Below are positions 37,379 through 51,620 of a DNA stretch of 64,000 nucleotides, piece after piece. The DNA is from Eledone cirrhosa (Eukaryota): contig OZ024745.1 of the NCBI GenBank assembly GCA_964016885.1, positions 111,972,001 through 112,036,000 on the forward strand, written 5' to 3'. A program made the position numbers and the translations under genes. The stretch's first letter is position 1, and every line of letters begins with the position of its first letter. The notes beneath the pieces are model-generated. The model did no database searches, was not told where the DNA came from, and saw nothing but the letters and a program-made list of their open reading frames with translations.

Positions 37379-40300
37379 AAACACATACACATACACAAGA
37401 TTGGATTTGATCTAGGTGCCTTTATTTCCAAACTTTCATTTATCCATCATTGATAAAATAAATTACAATCTGCTTGACTCTTTCCTCTGGAAAATATTGA
37501 CCTGTGCTTATAATTCAAAATAATCAATACACACTGACATACTAGATTTATGGTGTCAACAATTGGAGTTTATTTATTTTTTTCCCCACTGATTTTCTCG
37601 AATATGTTTAATATATAGGCAACATCAAATGAAATTATGTTTATGACATACCATAAAAACATAAAATCACAAACAAATTATGTTTTTCTTCTCTTTCTTG
37701 TTATGTAAACTATTGCCTGCTTTTCCCCTTTAGTTATATATGATACTGAGTGTAGTCTCTACTCAGTGTTTCCCAAACATCGTATATGTGTTCTTTAATC
37801 TTTCAGTCTCTTGGTTTCTCTACTATATTCCATTGTTATTCTTTCTCATCTCCCCACCTCTCTCTCTCTCTAATTGTTCCTCTTCATACTTCATCTTTCT
37901 GTTATTATTTTCTCATCTTTCTTTGTTTTTAGTTTCAGTACACATACAGAAAATTATACAGTCACATACACATGCTAATTACACATTCACACATACATAC
38001 ATACACATACAGAGAGAGAGAATGAAAAGTTTTCAAAAATGAAATAAAATATAATGAAATATGTATAAATTGGGAATCCATCAAATTATTATTGTTATTA
38101 TGTTTATTATTGTTATTATGTTTATTATTGTTATTATGTTTATTATTGTTATTATTTTTTGGATTTGCAGAGTCGGAAGAGCATCGGACAACATGCTTAG
38201 TGGCATAGAGTTAAGGCCCTTTACGTTCTCGGTCCAAATCCCGCCAAGGTTAATTTTGCCTTTCATCCTTACGTGGTCGATAAATAAAGTACCAGTAATG
38301 CACTGAGGTCGATTTCTTCGACTTTCCTCTCCCTCAAAATTGCTGGCCTTGTGCCTAATTCAGAAACTATTATTATTGTTATTATAGTTTTTTATAGATT
38401 GCGGCCCCTTCTTACCATTGAATTCTCAATTGTGCACCAAAAAGGAAACCCTTCAGTTTTCAGGTATATCCTGTGGTATAAAAGTACCAGTAATGTATTG
38501 GGTAATTGCTGGCCTTGTGCCAAAAGTAGAAACAATTACTGTAAAGTAATGGTTTAAATTTGTAGACCTTCATACAGTCAGTTTCTCAGCAATGTAACCT
38601 TACAGTTATTATGCCTCATATTAAATTCTATGAAATTATTTCAGGAGACCCTGTTTATCATAAAAGATGATAAAAAGGGTTAGCACCATGTAGGGTATTC
38701 AGCTTTAAAACATTGCATCAAAAAAGGACATTATGATTAGTATGGTTAAGCTTGTAATGAGAACTGTAAGGCTAACCTTAGCTTTATTAGGGAAGATAAC
38801 TTTAAAATACTTGTTATTGTTATAATTTTCAGGAGATCGATAACGATGGATAGGCAGAATCGGTAGAGTGGCAGACACCATTCTTCGCGACATAGAGTTA
38901 TGGCCCTTTACGTTCTGAGTTCAAATCGCGCCATTATCTTTGCCTTTCATCCTTACGGGGTCAATAAAATAAAGTACCAATAATGCACTGGGGCCGATTT
39001 AATCGACTTTTCCCTCCCTCAAAATTACTGGCCTTGTGCCTAAACCAGGAACCATTATTTTAAGGAGCGGGGTGGGCAGTATTGGTTTGAAATAGACATC
39101 AGAATGACCTCTTTATCACGAACTGAACTACAGGAAGATTTCAACTTAGCATTGCATGTTTAGAAATTCTAGTATGACCTGTACATTTCCTATGGGTCTT
39201 GTATACAACTTGGTGAACTAGAACAACAATAATTAAGTGCTCTGGTCAAGGACACATTGCACTGCTTGTAACAGGATAAAACCATTGCCTAGCCATATTT
39301 CTTTTCACTATTGGCCTAGTTGGTTAGTTGAAAATCTTAAGAGATAAGTTTGAGCTATACCAGAGATAGTGAACATATGATATGTGTGACAGCAGTGGCA
39401 TACAGAAAGTTTTTAAATGAAATGTAACGAACTTTAAAAAAATCATTGAAGTTAAAACTTTCAATACCAAAGTGACTGAAACCAGTCCTCTTTCTATGAT
39501 AAAAAAGTCATTCATTTTTATCTAAAAATTTCCACCAAAATTTGATGTAAAAACCTAGTTTAGTTATGTTTTAAACACCAGCTTAATAATGATGAAGTAG
39601 TTATATTAATAAATCCCTCCAAATTCACGATCATTTAAAAGGTTAGTTGAAAATTATTGGCAGTGTTTTTCATTAGATATAAGATTGTGAAAATTTTAAG
39701 GTAACTTTTATAATTTCAGTTTATTATCCAAGTTTTATAAGTATATTTTGAAATTTATATTTTATTAAACTCCTAGTTTTATAAATATGATGTATGTCAG
39801 AAAAGAAACAGGACTGGGGTGGCATAAAAAAATATTTCAAATACAAACTACAAGTTTTCCCCTTCAAAATAATCCCCCTTGAGTATAATGCACTTTCCCA
39901 GCCTTCCTTGTTATATCTTCATGTCAGTCCAGAAACTTCAGGCTGGTTTGTTGATCTGTGCTCATTGCTCAACAGCCTAAAACTGAAGAGCTATTAACAA
40001 AAACATGTGAAAAAACATTCAATGGCTTCAGAGAGCTGAGATCGCAGTTACATACTTCCTGGATATTACGTCATACAGTAATGCGACTCGCTAATCCTTA
40101 CCTAACTCATAGTTCACACAGCACACTATTTCCTGGTACTTTTATGAAACACTTCTCAATCCATCTGAGAGGCTCCATGATAAAATACACTTGAAGCAAT
40201 TGGTACAGTGTGTGAATATATGTGAAATGTAGGCGACACACATATACACACATACACACACACGCGCGCACGCACACACACACACACACACACACACCCA

Positions 40301-40539
40301 CCCCCCCATCCCCACCCCCACCCCCACCCCCCACCCCACCCCACACACTGATATAGCATAACCTTTCTCTTTATTATATTTTGGCTTCATTCTGAGTTCA
40401 AATCCCGCCAAGGTTAACTTTGTCTTTCATCCTTACGGGGTCGATAAAATAAAGTACCAGTAATGCACTGGGTAATTGCTGGTCTTGTGCCAAAAAAATA
40501 GAAACAATTATTTAATATTTCAAGCCCAGAGCATACATA

Positions 40540-40738
40540 CGAGAGTTGGCTGAAAGGTGCATAGGCTGACCAAGATACTCTCATGAAATGACCAAATGAG
40601 GTTTATTTTTTCAACATAGTCCCTGGAAAGAAACAATGCAGTTATTAATAAGAATAATCAAAATTAATGCATGCAAGATTTCACAACTCTAGCATCACTT
40701 CTTCATAGTCAGCCTATGAACTTTTCAGCCCACCCTCA
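40540..40738. mobile_element. mariner-derived MITE
   Basis: TA flanks; ~31-bp TIR CGAGAGTTGGCTGAAAGGTGCATAGGCTGAC / GTCAGCCTATGAACTTTTCAGCCCACCCTCA. Confidence 0.8.
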
Positions 40739-40796
40739 TACATATATACATATGCACATACATACATACTTATATACATATGTACATACACATATA

Positions 40797-40925
40797 TAGA
40801 GTGGCCCAAAAGTCGCAATACATAAAAAAAAGTAATTATGTTTTATAAGAAACAATTTATCCAAAATAAATAAATATTAAACATCATTATTTTTTTTTAT
40901 GTATCATGACTTTTGGACCACCCTG
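40797..40925. mobile_element. Tc1/mariner-type hairpin MITE
   Basis: TA flanks; termini (TA)GAGTGGCCCAAAAGTC...GACTTTTGGACCACCCTG; ~45-bp inverted arms. Confidence 0.75.
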
Positions 40926-42055
40926 TACATGCATACATACAGTTGACAACTAGTAAGAACAATACAAGAGAAGGAGGATACTACAGACCATTGATGAGGA
41001 GTTTGCGGTAATAATAGGTATAAAATATATATTTCATACCTATTATTATTGGAGCTACAGGATATATACCTCCAGGACTGAACCTTGATTTGTGGAGAAA
41101 GAACAGAACTCCTAAATTCATAGGCTACAAATGGCTGTGATATGTGGAACCTTCAAAATCTGTAAAACATTCTTACGATTGAATGAATGATGGCACAATG
41201 GATGATGAACATTTCTTTTTATTATAACCTAGCCACCAGGGAGGTGGCCAGTCAAAAATAAACTCAAAATTAAGAGAATGAGACAAAATATATGTACGTA
41301 TTTATCTACATACATACATGCATACATACTTACATACATATATACATATGTACATACATACATATATACATACATAAATACATATATACATACATGCATA
41401 CATACATACATATATACATACATAAATACATACATACATACACACATAAATACATATATATGTACATACATGGATACATACATACGCACATACATAAATA
41501 CATATATTTTCTATTTGTATGACTAAAACTACCATAAATTGTTGTAAAATCCAGTAGTAATTATATATCTTTATTGGTTTAAAAATTTTTAAATTTATAT
41601 TTCTATATTTAATCTTCTAGTTTCCTTTTTTTCCTTCTTTTGTTTGTTTCTCTGTTATTCCCTTACTTTCAGCTAATTTTGTTTACAGTCGTAATTTAAT
41701 ATCCAAATTTTATGGATGGTATTGTTTTAACTTCAGACACTAAGATAAATAGATTAGATAGAAAACAAGAACAAAAATTTCAATCTTAAATATATCCAGT
41801 GCTCTATTTTCTAGGGTAGTTTTTTTTCATAGTTTGGAGATTAAAAATTTTCCCATCTGAAGTAAAACCAATTTTTGAACTTATGTAAAAGAAACTAAAC
41901 AACTTATCAAATCACTGTTGGATAAAGTCTTTATACTGTGACAGAAGGTAGATCTTGAGGAAGAACTATTGAAAGAAGCTGATAATGCATTATGGGTTGT
42001 TTTTAATATGGCAGTATGTGGCATGTTAGTTTTCCTTTTATTACTGCATATGTAA

Positions 42056-42263
42056 CCTTTTAGCATTTACATTACTATATATTTACTATTATATTTTCAC
42101 AGTAAAAGCTTTATCTCACATAATAAAGAATCTATGAGATTTTGATATTGTTTATTTTGAGAACACTACCTTAACATCAGTATCAGTGGCTGGTTACAGC
42201 CGGTTTGAACAGAAAGAGGTGAGAAAATTCCGGTCAGATACAGATGTTTTAAATGATAAAGGG
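42056..42263. mobile_element. piggyBac-like MITE, family A
   Basis: CCTTTTAGCATTTA...TAAATGATAAAGGG-TTAA. Confidence 0.75.
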
Positions 42264-43176
42264 TTAAAATGTATAATTTTTCTTATTGTTTATTCCCACG
42301 TCAGGCTAATCAAACAGATAATTAATTAAAGATTAAGTAGATGCCTCATCATCAAATGGTTATTCGCTTTGTGACCATTAGGCCTTAGATTTAATCTGAC
42401 TGCATGGCATCTTGGGCAAGTGTCATTTACCATAGCTTTGGGTTGATCTACACCTTGTGAGGGAAAATGGGTTGAAAGAAACTGTTTGGAAGCCCATTGG
42501 ATGGACTATACCTGTAATTGAAAGGGCTCAGCCTTGTCCCACACTGAGTCATGCTGAATCTCCCTGAAAATGCTCAGACATTTACATGTTAATTTCATGA
42601 GCAGGTTGTTCAGTTAATCAAACAACTAGAACACTAATTGTTGAAACTAATAGAGGTACATTGCAGAATCAAAAGTATTCTAGGCAGGATCATCTCAACA
42701 AAATTTCAGACACTATATCTAGACCTTCTTTTTAAAAGTATAGAGCAGAGGACTGAAACATGTGGTGTGAGAGCTACATGTGGTGCTAGAGACACATATG
42801 GCCTGAGAACTACATGCAGCCTGCAAACTACTTTTCTACGTCTCATAGCAGAACAATTTTCGAGACTAATATTTTGGTAAAACTTGATAATTTGACCCTC
42901 TCTCCTTCCATACTCTTGCAATTTACCCACAAAATATAACAATATAGAAAAAGGAAATTTACCAAAATTTAAAATAGAATTGAGGAAAATTTAAAATGCA
43001 AAGTTTTTTCCCCTATATTTTGTACTAATTTACATATCCTTATTACTATCATATAAATAAATAGCAGCCTATCAGCTGTATTGTAGATTAGCATTATAAC
43101 TAGTGGAAATCACGCCACCCCCATTCACTTTTGGCCTGTTGTGCCTCTTCCCTAGTATGTAATGGTCCTTTTGAGT

Positions 43177-46100
43177 CATCATCATCATCATTGTTTAACG
43201 TCTATCTTCCATGCTAGCATGGGTTTAGACGGGAATTGCCCTACTTGAGGCAAGATTGGTCGGGTGACCATGTCTCGCTCTTATAGGACTGTTTGGCAGG
43301 TTTTCTATGGCTGGATGCCCTTCCTAACACCAACCACGTTTACAGTGTGGACTGGGGAGTTTTTACCGTGTTACCTACATGGCCACATTACAGTGTGGAC
43401 TGTGTTTTTTTTGTTGTGACACCTACACAATCTTATTTATTTTCGACTGGATGTTGTGGTACCAACATAACTTTACAGAGAAAGGGTAGTGTTGGTGGGA
43501 GTGGGGGGTTGGGTGGAGTATGGGTAGTGGGATGGGGTATATATTTGGTTCAGAGGTGCCTACTGACTGTAGGTTTCGCTTTGTACATAGGCAAGGCGGG
43601 TCTTCTGTATTACTGCATAGCGCCAAAGATCTCGGTCCAGTGACATTGTCTTAGAGAGGTGTAAGTGTGTAAGGTCGGAATTTATCAAATCGTCCCAGGT
43701 TTCTCTGGGTCTACCTATTCCGTAACTTCCATCAATTTTGATTGCCCTGCACTTTTTTATAAAACCGTTGTCTTTCATGCGCATCACGTGACCATACCAA
43801 CATAGTTTTCTCTCGAGTAAACAGCATCTGATCCCTCTTATTCCTAATTTCTCACTTAGTTCATTTATGCTTTGCCTTTTGCGTATATTACTATTACACA
43901 TCCAACGGAGCATGGATGCTTCATTCCTCTCCAGTCTGCGCAGATCCTCTGCACACAATGCTCATGTCTCACTGCCATGTAACATTGCTGTTTGTATGCA
44001 GGCATCATACAGCCTGCCTTTCATTTTTAGAGAGAAACCTCTAGTGGCCAATAGTGATATAAGCTCTCTGAACTTTTTCCATCCCTTTCTGACTCTGGTT
44101 ACTGTACTTTCAGAGCACCCTCCACCAATGCTGATTTTGTCACCCAGGTAACAGAAGGTGTATACTATTACTATAGAACCATCTGGGCAATAGAAGGAGT
44201 TAGTATCCTGTGGGCTCTTGCTACTTATTGCACCTGAGCACCGGCCACATATGAAATCTTCATCTTAGATAGCATGCCTGTGATCCCACTACATCTTTTA
44301 TGTACCCATAGTTTGCATTTGGGACATAAAATGAAATTTCTGCCTACTCCTTTCCTACACACTGAGCATGGCCATTTCCCAGAGGGTACCTGTGCTCTAT
44401 TTTCCTTTCTACATACTAGAACTTTAGTCTTCAACAAGTTAACTTTAAGGCCTTTTGATTCTAGGCCATACTTCCATGTTTAGAATTTCTTCTCTAGTTC
44501 AGCCATCGATTCAGCTATGCGAGTTAGATCATCTGCATATAGAAGTTTCCATGGGTAGCCGGTCTTGAGCTCCTCTGTTATAGCCTGAAGGGCAATAATA
44601 AATAGGAGGGGGCTTTTACGCTAAATTCTTCACAATATTCGTTGTTAATTCTAACTTTACTGACTCTTTCTTTATTCATGGCTTGTATAGTCTCACAAGC
44701 CATTCATCAACACCTAGTTTTTTAAGAGCCCACCAGATAATGGAGCGGGTGACTCTGTCAAATGCTTTCTCCAAGTCAAAAAAAGCTAAGTATAGGGGTT
44801 TACTTTTAGCTAGGTACTTCTCCTGTAGTTGTCGTACAATGAAAAGAGCATCTGTGGTACTTTTACCTGACACATCTAGATTAATTCACTCTCTGATTAG
44901 TTGCGCTATAACTCTTTCTGTGACCTTCATGACCTGGTCAACCAATTTAATGCCTCTATAGTTCCCCTATCTAGGGCATCTCCTTTACCCTTGTAGCAGT
45001 TAATGATGATGCTGCTACATCAGTCATTTGGTATGACCCCATTCTGTATGACTTGGTTTACTATCCGGGTGACCATAATGTGTCCCACCATTCCAGATGC
45101 TTTCAACATTTCAGCAACTATCTCCGAAGGCCCAGCTGCCTTGCCTGTCTTCATATCTTTGATTGCCTTACTTATTATACTACCTTTAACTTGCACTGCT
45201 GGTCCCTCTATTGGATCGATTTGGGGCAGACTATCTTTTTCCCATTTATTCTCCTCATTTAGTAGTCTCTTGTAGTGTCACTGCCAAGCTACCTTCTTAT
45301 CAGCATCAGTGATGGCAAGTACACCATCATCATTACGGACACACTTCTCCCCGACAATATCATGGTTTTCCTTGACACATTGTCTTGCAATTCTGAACAC
45401 CTCACGTTTTTGGTCTTCGCGTTGTAGAACATGCTTGAACTTTCTTTCCTTTGCTTCCCTTCTTGCAAGGTACACTTGTCTCCTAGCTTCCCTCCTGGCC
45501 ACTTGATAGTGTTCTCTACTCCCCCATCCTGCCATAATTTCCAAGCCTGCTTTTTGGCCTTGATTAACTCCTCCACCTTACTGTTCCACCACCATGTTAC
45601 TCTCCTCCTGCCTATAGGTCTTCTCCAGCCACAGATTTCATCTGTTGCTGGTTAACTTTCAGGAATTCCCACTGTTCCTCTATATTGTACGTTTCTAATT
45701 CCTCTTCCTTACTGTCAAAAGCATCAAGTAATATGCTTTTAAATTTGTTACTGGCTGTGGGGTCCATTAACTTCCATATTTTCTCCTCAGGGTAGTTCTG
45801 CTCTGTTGTTGAGTACGTCTAGTCCTGACTATGAGGTCACTAACTATGAGGCTATGTTGGAAGGTGCATTCTTCATGGGAGAGGGATTTAGTGTTTACGA
45901 CAGACACTCTATCACGGCTTCTGGTAAGGATATAATCTATCTGACTGGCGTGTTCCCCTGATCTATAGGTGATCAAGTGATTGTCTCGTTTTTTGAAGTT
46001 AGTGTTACAGATAGTTAGGTTATTAGTGTCACAGAATTCCAGGATTCTGAAGCGTTCCTCATTTTTAGTACCAAACCCATAGCCTCCATGGATTCTGTCA

Positions 46101-46800
46101 TAGTCGTCACAATGTTGTCCAACATGACCATTTAGGTCACCAGCAATAATTATGTAGTCAATGTCGGTTATTTGGGAGGTAGTGAACATTAGCGACTCAG
46201 AGAATCTGTCTTTTATAACGCCAGGTAGTCCAGATTGGGGTGCATAAGCGGATATTATTGTCACAGTAGTTCTGTTTAGGACTAGTCTTATTTTAATTAT
46301 TCTGTCGTTCACTCTATTTATGGCAATTACCTATTGCTACCCATTTTTCTGCTAACATGATTCCTACTCCACCCAGCCCATTGTCATTTCCCACCCAGAA
46401 AAGTTTATAGCATCGTTTTTTACCCACAATGAATCTAGCAGACCCACCCCTCCACCTAGTCTCTTGAACACAACAAACATCAACTTCCTTACGTTCAAGC
46501 ATCTCTACAACCTCATATAAGCGACCTTTTAAGGTGCCTTCATTCATGGTACCAACTCTGAAGTTTTGGATTTCATTGGGTGGGTGGAAGGGATGGGTTG
46601 GAGGCGCAGGGAGAGGTGAGGGAGATGGAGTTATGTTAGCCATCCGTGTCTGAAATAAAGAGGAGTATTTGAGTTTAAGACCCCTGGGGTAGAGTGTACT
46701 TTGAAAGACATTTGGATGCTACTTTTAGAAGCTTCAGTAACCATGTAGTGGCTTCCTTCTAGACTCAAGTAGGAAGATGTGCATTTGTAATCATCACCCA
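43177..46800 (-). mobile_element. Near full-length, decayed RTE LINE (copy C) with APE endonuclease and RT
   Basis: APE motifs VGTMNEGTL, CCVQETRW, SAYAPQ, IAGDLNGHVG, QIDYIL (46643-45767); RT fragments downstream; 3' UTR and (GAT)n tail; multiple frameshifts. Confidence 0.92.
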
Positions 46801-47946
46801 GCTTACACTGTAAAGTGGTTATGTAGGGGTCATGACAAAAGGCATCCAACACACATTGTAAATGTGGTTGGCATTAGGAAGAGCATCCAGCCATAGAAAC
46901 CAAACCAGAAACAGTTTTGATGATGATGATGATTGTGAGAACAGTCAAACATTTCTGACAAAGTCTCTCCACAATTCACAATTTCCCTTTTGCTCCTAGC
47001 AACTGCTCTCTACTGAGGTTTTGTATCATCTGAGAATTGATCGATGAATGTTCGAGTATGTCTTCCTCTCCTGCGTCTCTCGTCATTTGGTTCCCACAGT
47101 AGTAGTATTTGTAATAGAAGTACAGTGTAGATACAATATTAACAAAAATACATTGTTCATACTAGTTACTAGGAAAACAATTACTGTGTAGTGGCAATGT
47201 AATCTATTTCTCAGAGAGATATTAATGTTGGATCAATGAGAAAGCATGGTTTTCATTATTGATATGTTGCTTTTGAAGTAGTGTATATTGATTGTGTATG
47301 TGTTTATGTGTGTGTATTGTATGTGTGTATGTATGAGTGTGTGTATTGTGTGTATGTATGTGCTAGTGTGTGTGTGAATGTGTAAGTGTATGTGTGCTTT
47401 TATGTGTGGATGTATGTGTGCTTTTATGTGTGGATGTATGTGTGTGTGTATGGCATATATTGAATGGCAGATTATTTGACTGGGCAACATTATATGACAG
47501 GAATGAATCTATCAATATATCTATGGTGACATTTGTCGTGTAAGTGAAGATAAAATATGTCATTCCATGAATGATAATTGATAAAAAAAATGAAACAGAA
47601 AATACATGAGCTATTACCTCCCATGAAATGTTAACTGCATATTGAATTTATTCCTCCTAAAATCATGTTTTATGAACCGCTCAGAGTCAAAATGCATTAA
47701 TCCTTCCAATGAACACCTACTTAAGGAGTCCATTTTAATGTAGTAAAATATATTTTGACTTGATCCTTTCTATAACCTCTGGAGAACTGTCTACTATAAA
47801 ATAAATATTCATAGTCTTCAAAAGATCTAAGTACATCCTTCAATTATTTGTTACTAGCAGCTGCTCTGAACTTATTAATGCCTAAAACAAACATATTTCC
47901 ATGATTTCATTAAATTTGAAATAAATTACTTTTAAAAGGTGCTGGC

Positions 47947-48405
47947 AATATCCAGTATATCAGGGAACATTGATTCATTCAGAAGTGTTGAATCCTAGCC
48001 ATCCAGATGATGGTTCAAGTTTAGATAATATCCAGTATATCAGGGCATGTTGATTCATTCAAAAGTGTTGAATCTAAACCATTCAGAATGTGGATCAAGT
48101 TGAAACAATATCTAGTCTGTCAAAGAATGTTGAATAATTCAGGAGTGTTGAATCCAAGCCATCTAGATAGTAATTCAATTTGAGATAATATTAAGTTTAT
48201 CAGGGAATGTTGATTCATTCAGAAGTGTTGTATCCATTCCATCTAGATGATGGATCAATTTGAGACAATATCCTGTATATCAGGGAATGTTGATTCCTTC
48301 AGAAGTGTTGGATTCAAGCTAAACCAGATGATAGATCAAGTTCAGACAATATCCAGTATATCATTCAGAAATGTTGAATCTAAGCCATCCAGATGATGAT
48401 TCAAA
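47947..48405. repeat. Degenerate 80-bp minisatellite, ~6 copies
   Basis: AATATCCAGTATATCAGGG-like units start at 47947, 48027, 48107, 48187, 48267 and 48348. Confidence 0.85.
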
Positions 48406-48863
48406 TATAAACAAATAAAGAACCTAATCTTATTTTAATCTTATATTTTTCTATATTTTCTATATTTTCTTATATTTTTCTATATTTTCCCAGAAAACTT
48501 TTTTTTTCAGAGTACTGCACTCATTTATATAATTACTCAAAATGAATGATTTTTCTAATCAGTAACTGATCTGTATTGCATCATCATCTTCATCATCATC
48601 ATCAACACTGTTTAATGTCTATGAACTGATCTGTATTACGTGATGATGATGATCATCATCATTTTCATCGTTTAATGTCTATTTTCCATGCTTGCTTGGG
48701 TTAGACAGGTTATCACATACTAAAGCTTAACTTGTCAGGTGACCTGCTCATATACTCCATGTTTGGCTTTCTTTCTAGAGTTAGATGCCCTTTCTAATGC
48801 CAACCCCTTCACAGCTTGTACCTGGAGCATTTTATCATGGTGCTGGCACTATAAACAACCTTG

Positions 48864-49757
48864 CAGGGTAGACTTGGTGCTTTTTCTCATGGTACCAGCA
48901 CTACCATCCTACAGGGTGAACTGGGTGCTTTTTCTCATGGTACCAACACTACCATCCTACAGGGTGAACTGGGTGCTTTTTCTCATGGTACCAGCACTCC
49001 CATTCTACAGGGTGAACTGGGTGCTTTTTCTCATGGTACCAGCACTACCATCCTACAGGGTGAACTGGGTGCTTTTTCTCATGGTACCAGCACTCCCATT
49101 CTACAGGGTGAACTGGGTGCTTTTTCTCATGGTACCAGCACTACCATCCTACAAAGTGAACTGGGTGCTTTTTCTCATGGTACCAGCACTCCCATTCTAC
49201 AGGGTGAACTGGGTGCTTTTTCTCATGGTACCAACACTACCATCCTACAGGGTGAACTGGGTGCTTTTTCTCATGGTACCAGCACTCCCATTCTACAGGG
49301 TGAACTGGGTGCTTTTTCTCATGGTACCAGCACTACAATCCTACAGGGTGAACTGGGTGCTTTTTCTCATGGTACCAGCACTCCCATTCTACAGGGTGAA
49401 CTGGGTGCTTTTTCTCATGGTACCAGCACTACCATCCTACAGGGTGAACTGGGTGCTTTTTCTCATGGTACCAGCACTCCCATTCTACAAAGTGAACTGG
49501 GTGCTTTTTCTCATGGTACCAGCACTCCCATTCTACAGGGTGAACTGGGTGCTTTTTCTCATGGTACCAGCACTCCCATTCTACAGGGTGAACTGGGTGC
49601 TTTTTCTCATGGTACCAGCACTACCATCCTACAAAGTGAACTGGGTGCTTTTTCTCATGGTACCAGCACTACCATTCTACAGGGTGAACTGGGTGCTTTT
49701 TCTCATGGTACCAACACTACCATCCTACAGGGTGAACTGGGTGCTTTTTCTCATGGT
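48864..49757. repeat. Young 48-bp minisatellite, ~18.5 copies
   Basis: Unit ACAGGGTGAACTGGGTGCTTTTTCTCATGGTACCAGCACT(A/C)CCAT(C/T)CT, contiguous with an RTE-tail-related element starting at ~48655. Confidence 0.95.
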
Positions 49758-51449
49758 CTACCTCTGAGACTCATGCCAGTTGGCTTTGCCCATAACATCT
49801 GTCCAGTGATTTGTTCCTTAGTCATTCTAACCACATTTGTTTTGTTTGAAGTAAATCCCTGCTTACTTCTGAAAATTTTATCACAAACTGTGGATAGAAT
49901 CACTTTCTATTTATTTATAACAATGAAGAGAGCAGAAAGAACACAATTATCGACAAGTCCAAGAAAGATTATTAAGGGCAGTAGATTGGCAGTATTGGTA
50001 GAGCGTCAGACACCATGCTTTGCAGCATAGAGTTACGTCCCTTTACATTCTCAGTTCAAATCATGCTTTGCCTTTCATCCTTACGGTTAGCTTTGCCTTT
50101 CATCCTTACGGGGTCGATAAAATAAAGCACCAGTAATACATTGGGGTCGATTTCCCCCTCCCTCAAAATTGCTGGCCTTGTGACTATAGTAGAAATCATT
50201 GTTATATTTCATTAATTGCTGATTTGTTTTCTTTTTTGGTGACAACTTAAAGAGCACCTAGTTAACCATGGAAATAAAAAAAGAATATTTCTTCTAATGA
50301 AATAAACTGATACAAGCTGTACTAAATACATCGAGAAGGATTAAGATTTCTGCAACAAATACAAAATAGGAAGTATGTTGCATTTGAACAAATTTATTTC
50401 TCAAATTTGATATAACATTTAATGTGTTCTTTAATAAACAAGGTAAAATGAATACTAGTTCTGTTTATAAATTATTTGTTATAAATCTTTAAAATTGATT
50501 AAGAATCATTCACTTAATAAATGGTTTCTCTCTAAGCACCTCTACATATTTATATTTTTTATTTTTTTATTTTCTAAAGTATGCTTTTAGTTTCATATCC
50601 TGGTTATTATCCCGCAAATTGCTTTTGAAAATCTAATCTTAACAGTTATAACAATAATGGTTTTAGTGATAATGATGAAGATGAGGAGGGTGGTGATGAT
50701 AATGATGATGATGATGATAGTAATATTAATAATGATGATGATAATCTAATTTCAATATTTTGTATTACATTTGTATTAAGTAGTCTTTAGCTTAATTTCA
50801 ATAAAATATCTTATTGCTAAGAAAATACCAATATATCCTGTAGAACATTGTTAAAATGTGTCAAACAAAGACTTTCCAACCAAATTGAATTAATATTGTT
50901 AAAAATTCAGTTATATATATATATATATATATATATAACTGGATTTTTAACATTTATCATTTATATATATATATATATAAATGAAAATAGAGAAATTAAT
51001 GTAAGCAAAAAAAAAATATATATATATATAAAATATATATAAAATATATATAAAATATATATATATAGCTTATTATTAAAATATATATAAAATATATATA
51101 TAGCTTATTTCATTTAAGCATTAGATTAATAACATATATATTATATTTTTTTCTTATTTCATTTAAGTGTTAAACTAATAACATTCATCATACTATGTTT
51201 TTTTAAATTTTTACTGTTTTCTGATTGTTATATATATATATATCATCCTTGCTAGCAATTTATACACACACCCCTATGTGTATATATATAGACATAGTTT
51301 CTCAAATGTCATTAATAGTAATAAGTACACCAACATAGATAGTGATTTTTGAAACACATTGTGTGTGTATATAAATAAATATATATATATATATATATAA
51401 ATATATATATATAAATATAAATGAGATGAAAAATGTGCATAGACATTAG

Positions 51450-51620
51450 TAATTCTGGACTAAAAAAAAATGATTTTTTTTAGTCCAGAAATAGCCGTCG
51501 AAACGGCTTGAGCTCAGCCGTCGGGATCTTACTCATTCCTATTACCCACTCTACTACCCTAAGTATTGAGTACTTTGGTGCGTTATGGTCCATCTGGTTC
51601 CATACCACATTTCCTTCGAT
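51450..51620 (+). mobile_element. Short hammerhead-like structured element, family H, 5'-truncated copy
   Basis: Hairpin TTCTGGACTAAAA..TTTTAGTCCAGAA, then GTC-GAAA-CGGCT-TGAGCTC-AGCCG-TC; near-identical to the reverse complement of 60944-61090. Confidence 0.7.

Noticed and set aside
42740-43155. hAT/Charlie-like MITE with 18-bp sub-repeats
   Set aside because: The left end is suggestive, but I could not establish a matching TIR or an 8-bp TSD.
46800-46933. Inverted terminal repeat or LTR-like 5' end of RTE copy C
   Set aside because: It is a diverged plus-strand RTE-tail fragment with its own (GAT)n tail, better explained as a separate adjacent insertion.
47947-48405. C2H2 zinc-finger tandem array or CRISPR array
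   Set aside because: The period is 80 bp, out of frame, with no C..C/H..H pattern; the whole unit is repeated.
48864-49757. CRISPR array or repeat-protein gene (342-aa and 389-aa ORFs)
   Set aside because: Units are contiguous with no unique spacers, there are no cas genes, and the context is eukaryotic. The unit derives from a retroelement sub-repeat, and the ORFs follow from a stop-free 48-bp unit.
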